Origin: a virus
Lineage: Duplodnaviria > Caudoviricetes
IMG/VR virus record: IMGVR_UViG_3300049999_000147
Span: 1-58,821 of that record
Direction: 5' to 3' (one strand)
DNA length: 58,821 nt
The notes below the pieces were generated by a model. That model worked only from the letters and a program-made list of their open reading frames with translations, had not been told where the DNA came from and ran no database searches. Positions within the stretch are counted from its first letter, which is position 1, and every line of letters starts with the position of its first letter. Below, piece by piece: positions 1-12,000 of the stretch. The position numbers were made by a program, and so were the translations under genes.

Positions 1-1
1 G

Positions 2-3000
2 AATTTAAATGCACAAAACGTTGACTTAGAAACATTAACATTAGGACAAATTAGAAATCACTTAGTAGCATTAAGAGAGAATAGTACTGACATCACAGGT
101 AATATTCTTGCAGCAAGCAATTTGCGTGACAAAGATATTAGAGAACGTGGCGGCAATATTTTACAGCATAGTGGACCATTGCCATATGCATCGTTGTTCT
201 TACTAGATGATGCCGCGAACTTTGTTGATGGTGTTGCTTATGCATCTCGCGAATACGCTAAATTTAAATATAAATTTTTAGAATTAAGTAAATCGTTATC
301 GGGGGTTGATCCACAAGATCCGCCGGCTAGTGTAGACTTAATTTTAACAGCAATTAATGAAGTTAAAACAGTAGACTTTCCTTGGTACTACAGCGACATG
401 GTACCATACGGAGCCTCGAAGAATGAAATTAGTTATACAATTTTTAATCCCTTAATTCGTTCTTATGAAATTACAGAAATATTAGATGATACAGTATTAA
501 GCAATAGAGCGATACTAGTTTACTTAAACGGTTTGCAGTTAGTTAAAGATCGAGACTATATTTTTGAACAAGATCGTCCAGCAATATTAATACGCGAAAA
601 CATAACACTGGAAATTGATGACGTTCTTAAATTTGCCGAGTATGACAATACAGACGGCAATTATATTCCTGATACTCCTAGTAAGTTGGGATTATATCAC
701 AAGTATTATCCGATTAAGTTTTTAGATGATTCATACCAAACTCCTATAGATGTTATTTGCGGGCACGACGGTAGTATAACCCCATCGTTTGGAGACTTCC
801 GCGATGACTTCTTATTAGAATTAGAAAAACGAATTTATAATAATATCAAGGTAGCGGATAATGCAGTAACCGACGAATTGTATTATAATACAGTACCTGG
901 TAAATTTAGAAATAGTGATTATACACTAGAAGAATTTAACAATGTATTAAATTCTAGCTTCTTAGCATGGGTAGGTAATAATCGTTTAGACTTTTCCGCT
1001 AACGAAACATTTCAGGCCAGCGAGCCATTTACATGGAACTACGATAGACTACCGGATCGTATAGACGGAGAACTATTGCCTGGCTCTTGGAGAGCATGTT
1101 ACAGATATTATTATGACACAATAAATCCAAACTTAACTCCGTGGGAGATGTTAGGCTTCACTGTTATGCCAGAGTGGTGGGAATCATATTATGGTGGCGC
1201 ACCGTACACAGGCGGCAATGAATTACTATGGGAAGACTTAGAAGCAGGACTTATCAAAGAAGGATCACGTGCTGGTATAGACGAAAGATTTGTTCGTCCG
1301 GGCTTGTCGCAATCTATTCCTGTTGATGCAAACGGTAACTTATTAAGTCCGACAGCAATTATGGCAGCAACATTTAATCCTGGTCGTACAGCATCTGCAT
1401 GGGCCTCGGGTATGATGGGTCCTGTTGAAGCATCATGGAGAGCAAGCAGCGAGTACCCATTTGCAGTACAAAAAGCAATGGCAATTCTTAAACCAGCTAG
1501 ATACTTTGGTACATTAGCCGGTGTTAGTCATTATGTTAGAGACTTAGAGCTCAATCAAATTGTAGACAAAGAGTCCGGACATCATATAAGACAAACAGAT
1601 ATATTGTTAAACGGAAATGTTAATGCTGATTTTACAATTGACAGATCCGCAGGTTATTTAAACTGGATAGCAGATTATTTAACAAGCCAAGGTATGGCAG
1701 CAACAACAATTATATCACAATTGCTTGAAAACTATGATGTTAACTTAGCATATAGAATGGCAGGATTTAGTGACAAAGGATTAATAAAAGTATTAGCAGA
1801 ACAAAGTAGTCCATCAAGCACAAACGAAAGCGTATTGGTACCTGATGAAAACTATCATGTATATCTTGCTAAATCGGCACCTGTTAACAGATTATCTTAT
1901 AGTGCAGTTGTAATAGAAAAAACTAATTCTGGTTATGTAGTTAAAGGATACGATACAAATAATCCTTACTTTACAATTATACCAAGCGTGGTTAATTCCA
2001 ATTCTAATAGAATTAAAGTATTAGATAAAGACGCGGTTGTATTTTATGATTTCCAACCAAAAAAAATTAATGTTCCATATGGTTCACAGTTTTCAACTCA
2101 TCAACAAGTTGTTGACTTCTTAATAAGCTATCAACGTTACTTAGAAGCACAAGGATTTACATTCAATAGATTTGATGAAGAACTAATAGAAGCAAAAGAT
2201 TGGAAGTTGTCAGTACGTGAATTCTTATATTGGATACAACAAGGATGGAAACCATCAAGCATATTAATTTTAAGTCCAGTTGCAAGTCAAATTGACATAG
2301 TATCGGAAAATTCTGTATCAGATAAAATATCCAATAAACAGTATGCATCGAGACTATTAGATCAAAACTTTAAACTTCTTAAAAATAGCAAGTATAATGT
2401 TATGCGAGACGAAAGCGGAACCACTGTTAATGTTATTGATACGGGTTCGGTTATTTGTTACGCAGAAATAGATTTAGTACAATATGAACATGTATTGTTA
2501 TTTGACAATGTTACTGTATTTGATGATGTAATATATAAACCAGAACTAGGTAATAGACAGTTTAGATTACGTGTAGTAGGAAAGAAAACAGACGAGTGGG
2601 ACGGTAGTTTATACGCTCCGGGTTTTATTTATCAATCCGGTGAGTTAGATGATTGGACCTCAGGTCGGGACTATCTTAAAGGCGATATAGTATTATTTAA
2701 AACTAAACCGTACGTAGCATTGGAAAATTCTATTGCAGCGTCTGATTTTAATTATGCAGAATGGAAACAATTAGAGAAGGACGAACTAAAGTCGGGCCTA
2801 TTACCTAACTGGTCTACATTAGCCAAGAAGCCTCAGTCATACTATGATTCATACGGTGAGCTTAATACACAAGACGATATAGAATTTGGTCATGCATTAA
2901 TAGGATTTAAACCACGTTCATACTTAGATGAACTGGGCATTAACGAAACCACACAAATTGAATTATACAAAGGCTTCATTAAACAAAAAGGTACCGCTAA

Positions 3001-6000
3001 TGCTATTAACGAGATTACCGGAACAGAGTTTAAAAACTTACAGAACGATGTAACATTTTACGAAGACTGGGCAGTACGTGTCGGCGAATACGGTGCTATA
3101 GATACTAATCCGTTCTTGGAAATTGAGCTCGATGAACTTGCATATAGTGTGAATCCAGCACTTGTTAATTTTGCGTCTGCGGCAGATGCAGATGCGGCAG
3201 ATGGAATAACAATGTTTGCAGAACAACATTTACATAAAAGTTCTAACCAATATAATGGAACTATAGTATTAGACCGTGATTCTGCAAGCGATTACAGCAA
3301 CGACATTGCAACAGCAGGTTATGTGCGTATCGATGATACAAATACAACAATATTCAGTCTTGAAAATTATCTAGAATTGAATAATGTATTAGCAGACGTA
3401 GGGCGCGGATATACTATTTGGTGTGCTAAAGATTTAGCACAGCAATGGAATGTATTCAGAGTAACAGAAACAAACAATACAGTTACTGAAATTACTAATG
3501 CACTCGATGGATACATTACTGTTAAAACATTGGATCATCATAATTTAGAAGTCGATGATATATTTGTAATACTTGGGTTCGAACTCAATTACAATGGCTT
3601 TTTCCGTGTTGATTCTGTTGATGCATTAAACGAAGTTACTGTACAAACTACTAATGATAACCAAACATTAACTAGTATCGAGGGTACCGGTTCACTGTAT
3701 ACATTAGAAAGTGTACGCTTTGATTACATGAACGATGTAGACGCATTTAATCCATTGAACCAATGGCAACCAGATGAAAAAATATGGGTAGATAAAAACG
3801 TTGCAACAGTTGATTCTAATATTAATACATGGAATGTTTATAAAAAAACAATACCGTGGGATTTTAAAGAAAGCTTAGATAAATCAAGCCACAAAACAAA
3901 CAACGGCTTCGGCCAAGCGATAACCACAACAGTAGACGGCCTGATTGCACTTGTTAGTGAAACTGGGCTTAATGTCGTGCATACATTTATAAAGACCACC
4001 GAAGATAATTTTATACAAGGAACAACAATATTAGCAGATGGTAACGACACAGCGACATACGGTCAATCAATTGTAACATCAGCAGATAGATTAGCTGTAG
4101 GTGCTCCGGGGTCAAATAATACTAACGGATATGTTTATATATACGATAAGGATGTCTCGGCTGCATTTAACAGAAGTCAAATTATTCCTGGTAACTTAAC
4201 AGCAAAATTAGATACAAGTACAATTACTTTTACAGGCAACATCAGTTTAGCAGATCCGGGTGAATTTATTACACAAACTGTTAGTGGTGCAAATGCACAG
4301 GTTGTAGGACAACCTACTTTGTTCGGCACAATGAATTTTGTTGGTAACATTAGTACAGCTTCTGTAAATGATTATATAACACAATCAGTAAGTAGTGGTA
4401 ATGCACAAATAACATCAACGTCTACATTATTTGGTAATGTTAATTTTACAGGCAACATCAGTTTAGCAGATCCAGGTGAATATATTACACAAGCGGTAAG
4501 TGGTGCTAATATAGCAGTAATAAGTCAACCTACATTATTCGGTACAATGAACTTCAACGGCAACATTAGTACAGCTGATGTCGGAGAATATATTACACAA
4601 ACCGTTAGTGGCGCAAATGCAGAAGTAACAGCACAACCTACATTATTTGGTACAATGAATTTTGTTGGTAACATTAGTACAGCTGATGTTGGTGAGTTTA
4701 TTACACAAACTGTTAGTGGCGCAAATGCAGAAGTAACAGCACAACCTACATTATTTGGTACAATGAATTTTGTTGGTAATATTAGTACGGCCGATGTCGG
4801 AGAATATATTACACAAACCGTTAGTGGCGCAAATGCAGAAGTAACAGCACAACCTACATTATTTGGTAATATGGGTTTTGTTGGTAATCTTGAAGTAGCA
4901 ACTACCGGAGACTACATTACACAAGATGTCTCGGGAGCAAATGCTGAAGTAACAACAACTCCTCTACTATACGGCACAATGGATTTTGTTGCTAATATAA
5001 CTGCTAACATCGGAGAATATATTACTCAGTCAGTAAGTAGTGCAAATGCACTTGTGATAACTGCTAACGTTGTCTCTGGTACAACAGCAACCGTTCAATT
5101 TATCACAAACACATTTACAACCGGTTCAGGCAATATTGCTATAAGTGGAGGTAATGTAGACGTATATCCAACAACGTCCACTGTAACATCGTCTGTTGTA
5201 GACGTAGAATATTTAAGTGCTGGCGGTCCGTACATTAAGTTTACAACTGGTTCGGGTAACGTTGCTGTTAACGCAAGCGATGTTAATGTGTATCCAAGTT
5301 CAACTTCAGTAACATCTGGGGTCGCACTTGTAGAATACTTAAGCGGTGGCCCGTACATTAAGTTTACAAACGGTTCCGGTAATGTTGCTGTAGACGCAAC
5401 TAATGTCGCGGCTTATCCATCGGCTTCGACTGTAACAACTGGTGTCGCACTTGTTGAATATTTAAGTGGTGGTCCTTATATTAAATTTACAAACGGATCG
5501 GGCAATGTTGCTGTAGACGCAACTAATGTCGCGGCTTATCCATCGGCTTCGTCCGTAACATCTGGTGTCGCACTTGTTGAATATTTAAGTGGTGGATCTT
5601 ACATTAAGTTTACAGATGCCTCGGGTAACGTTGCTGTAAATGCAACTAATGTCGCGGCTTATCCAACATCAACTACAGTGACATCCGGTGCCGCAGCAGT
5701 ACAATATATTACTGTAAATCCATATGTTAAATTAACAAACGGTTCGGGTAATATTGCTATTAATGCAACTAATGTCGCATCATATCCAACATCAACTACA
5801 GTAACATCTGGTATAGTTGATGTAGAATATGTAAGTGCTGGTGGTTCATATATTAAATTTACAACCGGTTCGGGTAATATTGCTATTAATGCAGGTAACC
5901 TTGCTGTATATCCAACAGTATCTACAGTTACTTCAGGTATAGCTAATGTAGATTACTTAGCACATACCTTTGCTGGTCTTCCATCTTACATGACTATCGG

Positions 6001-9000
6001 ATCAGGCAACGTTGCTGTTAATGCAACTAATGTCGCTGCTTATCCATTAACAGAAACAATAACAGCAAATAGAGAACAGTTTGGTTCATCGATATCGATG
6101 AGTAGTGATAACAAGTGGTTGTATGTTGGTGCAATAGCAGCGAACAGAGTTTATATTTACGGTACAGATGACACAACTCCGACCAACATACAAGTTGAAT
6201 CGGTTAATAATAATAACTCAATTACAATGTCTGGTACTATTACAGCGGCGGCAGGACAATATATAATACAACCAGCAACAGGTGCCCAAGTTCAACTAAT
6301 AGGTAATGTGGCCGCTAGCAATACAGCCTTTGTTAATGTATTAACTAATATTGTTACTGGTGTGTCCGGCGGCAACTTACATATAGCAACAAGAAATGCA
6401 GAAGACGACGGATTTATTAGTAACGTCGATGCAAATGTAACAGCGATAAGCACATCATCAATACCAGAGACTGACACTATAACATTAGGGTTTACTCCAC
6501 ACGAAGCAAATGCAGCGGTATCCTTGCATATAACTACTGGCATAAAAACTTATATTCCAGAGTTAGACTACACATTGTTGGGCAATGTAATATCATTTAC
6601 TACAGCTATTGGTAACGGAGGCTTTTTACCTGTTGGTGATGTTGTTGTAAGACAACAACCATATTTTGTATTAGTAGATACTATACAAGGAACTATTGGT
6701 TCGGGCTTTGGTGATAGTGTTGAAGCATCTGCAGATAGTTTACAATTTGTTGTAACTGCACCAAACGCAACAGTACAAACAACAGAAACTATAGGAACAC
6801 TTAGTTTTGGTAATGTTGTTTCTGTTGTTACTGGTGATTATATTACACAAGAAACAACCGGTGCAAATGCCGTTGTTAGAATTAGTTCAACAGGGACCAC
6901 TGCTAATGTAAAATACTTATATGGTACATTTGCCGGAGGCAATGCAAACATTTTTGTTAACGGTAATAATATAACATCATCAAACCTAGCAAATTTAACA
7001 CTGACTGGCCTAACAACGGTAGCCAATGTTCTTAGTTCGTTTGCAAGTGCAGGAACAGCATATTTGTATGATAGACAAGTAGAATCATTTACTAGCACAG
7101 GAGTTAAAGAATATACAACAACTGGCAATATTGGAGATGTAAGACGTGTAACTATTAATGGTGAAGAAACAAGCAGATATACTGTACCTAGTGTAAATAC
7201 TATGCGCCTTAACGTAGTTTCGCCTGCCGGAAATACAATTGAAGTAGAAACTAATGCAATTAGATTAGTTGAACAGATAACACAACTTGATCCACAAACG
7301 GATGCCAAGTTCGGAACGTCGTTATCTATTTGTCCGTTTGGTTGTGCATTATATATTGGTGAACCGTACTACAACGAAAATAATATACGCAACACTGGCG
7401 CGGTTATTAAATTTCATAATAAATCAAAATTATATGGTTCTACAACAGGAACTGAAAAATTTCCATTACTTACAATAGGACATAGTATTCGTCTTAATAA
7501 TGTAGAAGTTACAGCAACAGGAACAACGCTTGATAGTTTTGTTGCTGATATTAATAATACAAATAATCTCGGTATAACTGCAATAAACGAAGACGATTTC
7601 CTTCGCTTAGATAGTACGCGAACAGTAACAAACAACAAAATTAGAGTTGGTACTGGTATTGGAACATTAGTTAGCGACTTAGGTCTACCTGTTTTCGAAG
7701 AAGCACAATTAATGACTAATCCGTTTGATACTCCTGGTGAGAATTTTGGTGATAGAATTACGATATCGGCCTCGGGTGATTTATTACTTATCGGAACAGA
7801 AGGTGGTACAACTATTGCAACTACAACGTTTGATTTAGCAGAAACTAGGTTTGATAATAATAGTATTTCGTTTAGTAGTTTTATTCCACGCAGCGGTAGT
7901 GCTTATGTTTACGAATCTTACGATGACCCTCGTAGCAATCCAGACTTCCCAACTCGGTTTACATATACTCAACAATTGAACCCAGGCGATTTAAATATTA
8001 ATGATGACTTTGGTTCAGCAGTACATGTTCGTGACAACAATATTTTTGTTGTAGCAAAAGATGATGACATGTTTGGTCCTGATACCGGAAGTCTTTACCG
8101 TTTTAAAAATGCCGATAGAGAAAAAGGTTGGAATTTACTACGCAACGAAGAAGATCAAGTCGACGTTGATACAATTAATAGAGTGTTCATGTATGATACA
8201 ACAACACAACATATTATCATAGACCTGCAAATATTTGATCCTGCAAAGGGCAAGATACTAGGCTTTGCTGAACAAGAGATATCGTTTGCAGCAGAGTTTG
8301 ACCCTGCAGTATATAATAGAGGAACAAACGAAGAAGCAAATATTAATGATAACCTATTTTGGAATACAAAACAAATTGGTAAAGTATGGTGGAATTTAGA
8401 TACACTACGCTACATAGATTACGAACAAGGTTCGTTAACATATCGTCAAGGAAATTGGGGGTCATTATTTCCTGGCTCTATTGTTGAAGTATGTGAGTGG
8501 GTAGAAAGCGATGTATTACCGAGCTCATATTCCGGAGATGGCGAGCCAAAATATGTAGACGATAGTGCGTATGTAGAAATTACGTTTGTTGATTCTATAA
8601 CAAATACTATTCGAAGCAAATATTATTATTGGGTTACAGGTAAATCATCATACGACCAAAATAATATTACACGTAACATTCCGCTTGAAACTATTAAGGG
8701 ATTTATCGAGGCACCAAAAACTCAAGGTGTGCCATATATCGCTGTTATTAAAAATTCTGCGATAGCAACATATAATATCGATACATTGTTAACAGATAAC
8801 ACCGTATTACATGTTGATCATGAGCTACTTAAAAATAATAATATTATACATTCAGAATACGAATTAATTCAAGAAGGCAATCCAAATACAAATATCGTAA
8901 CTCGTTTAGAAGATAAAATTATAGATAGTTTGTCCGGTGTTGATGCATACGGCAATTTAGTTCCTGACCCCGAACTATCAGATGCAGATAAGCTTGGTAT

Positions 9001-12000
9001 ACTTACTAGACCGAGACAATCTATGTTTGTCGATCAGCAAAAAGCATTGCGTGAATATATTGAATATGTTAATGGTGTATTAATTACTACACCGGTTGCA
9101 GTACAAACAGATCTGTCTGCACTTGATTCACAATCACCAAAACCAAAGTCGAGTGAATACGGAGTTGAAGTAGACACTGATGTTGATTTACAATATTTAA
9201 ATCCGCTGGCATATTCAACAGGATTCAAAGTATTGGTAATAGAAGACACAACACAAAACAATCTATGGACTGTATACGAATTAGATGAGTTTGATAAATG
9301 GGATCTTATACAGGTACAGGGATTTAAAACTAGTTTATTTTGGAATTATGTTGATTGGTTTGAAACTGGATATAGTTCGCTAACAAAGGTTGATTTTATA
9401 GCAGCAACTACACTTACCGCATTAACATTACCTTATGCACCGGGCGATTTAATAAAAATCGAAGATGCAGGTAAAGGACAATGGCAGGTAATATTAGTTA
9501 ATGCTAGTTCCAAGTTTGATGTCGTGGGGATTGAAAATGGCACAATAGCAGTTGATCCGGTATTAGCAGCAGGGTCCGACACTTCATTGGGGTTCGACAA
9601 CCAACGGTTTTCTGAAAAACGATTTGATCAGCAACCAGGACAAGAAGCGAGAGAAATTTTTACGACACTAAAGAATGATATCTTTGTAGATGAATTATAT
9701 GTGCAACGTAACAAATCTATATTCGTATTAATGAATTATATTTTCTCAGAACAACCAAGTGTTGACTGGGTATTTAAAACAAGCTTTATTGATGTAATAC
9801 ATAAATTAAGAAACTTAGAACAATATCCAAATTATATTAGAGATAACCAAACATACTACGAAGATTATATTGCTGAGGTTAAACCAGCAACGACTTCTAT
9901 TAGAGAATATTTAATACAATACGATGCGAATGATTTATTCGACGGTGTAATAAACGACTTTGATTTGCCTGGCTATTTTGATAGAGATTTAAATATGTTC
10001 CGTAGTCCAAGCGGCGAAATTGTACCCAAAGACACTCAGTTGCAAGCAACAGGATATATTGGCAACGAGTTAATAAACGACCAATATCCGTTATGGTACG
10101 CCAATAGACACGGTGAAGTAATGGATATAATTATAGTTAATCCTGGACTAGGGTATACAGAAGAACCAACAATTACAGTAGAAGGCGGTGGTGTTAATGC
10201 AGGTGGTGTAACTGCAAATGTAGCAGTAGATTTTGACACAGGGTCTCTTATTAGTATTACAGTTACAAGAACTGGTTCGGGATTCTCTGAAAGCCCGACT
10301 GTAATAATAAACGGTGGTGCTAATGTTACAGCAACAGCATATGCAACAATTAAAAACAATCAGGTTAGAAGCATTAATACCGACATGCGTTTTGACAGAA
10401 TAGGTTACAGTAGCCAGGTAAGACGTTGGGCAGCTAATACTTCTATTTTCTCCGGTGACTTAATTTCTCACAACGGAGTATGCTATCAAGCAAATGCAAA
10501 TGTAACAGCAGGAACAACATTTAATTCAGATAACTATGATGTTTATCACATAGATAATTTTGTGTCATCGAATGTAGCAGTTACTTATGGTGCAGCTGAT
10601 CGTATATTAGCTAACTACAATCCAACAGATGGCATGACGCAAATCGAAACAACCGAGAAAGAACTCTCAGTTAAAACAGCAACCGGCGGTATGATTTTTA
10701 CTGGAGATTTTGTTGCAAACATAGGTGCAACTATTAATCAGGGTGAGATAGCAAGCGCACGATTATTAGCTATATCTAGCATTAATGGTACAATGAAATT
10801 TGCTAGTAATGTATTCAGTACAAGCACAAACGATTATATAACGCAGACAGCAGGCGCCGCTAACGCACAAGCTATATCTAATTCTACTTTAACTGGCAAC
10901 ATTTCTTTTGCTGGAGATCTTGAAGCAAGAGCAAATGATTTTATAACACAAGGCAGTGGTAATGCATTGGTTCTTTCTAGATCTCTTAACGTTGGTAATG
11001 TTACTGTAAACGGAGATCTTAGTGCAAATATAGGCGACCTTATTACTCAACCATTACCAACAGGAACAATTTCGAGAATAACTGGTGCTACAACTAAATT
11101 TGGTAATATTACTTTAGAGGCAAATCTTACTGCCGACTTCACTGCTAATATTGGTGAATATATAACACAGGCACTAAGTGGTGCTAATGCACTTGTTACA
11201 TTAAGCCCGCATGATATAACAACAGCTATAACAACAGTAAAGGTAGAATATATATCCGGGTCATTTACAATCGGAGATGGTCCTGTCGCTACTACAGGTG
11301 GATGGACAGGAAACTTATTTCCAACTCAGACAACTGTTACATCATCTACAACACCAGTAGAATATGTTTACAGCAGGTTTACAACGGGTGCGGGCAATGT
11401 GTATATACAAGATGGTGTAATACTAAATGGAATTGATTCTGTTGATGTTAATGCGTACCCAACAATAGCAACAGTTACATCAAGTCAGGTAGATGTACAA
11501 TATAATAACGATGTGTTTACATTAGCAGCTAACGTTTCCGTTAACGGAGTCGATGCTAATATTGTTCCGTCTGCTAAGACAGTAATGAGTTCAGTAGATG
11601 TATCAATTTTAACTAATACATTTACAACCGGTAATGCAAATGTTTTTGTTAACGGAGTTGATGCAAATATTGCAATATCGACTTTCCCAATAACAACAGC
11701 GACAACTAACATAAAATACTTGTATGGAACATTTACTACAGGATCGGGTAACGTTACAATTAATGGAACAGACATTAATGCTTATCCTGCTAGTTTGAGT
11801 GTAGCCGCTAACACAACAGTATTTCTTGATTCAGTAGTTGATGTATTTTCAGGAATGTATATTACTGGTAACGGGGCAAATCTTGCAACAATTACCAGTT
11901 CTGTGTTTGATGCGACAACCGGTGACAAATATATTGTTTTAGATAGACCACAGACATTCCCTGTAGGAACATTAATTACAGCTAACTATGATAACTTAAG

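Noticed and set aside
4217-6070. Regular repeats as a CRISPR array or DGR template/variable repeat
   Set aside because: Units are 108/123 bp, in frame and coding, with no unique spacers. Differences do not look adenine-specific and no reverse transcriptase is present in the window.
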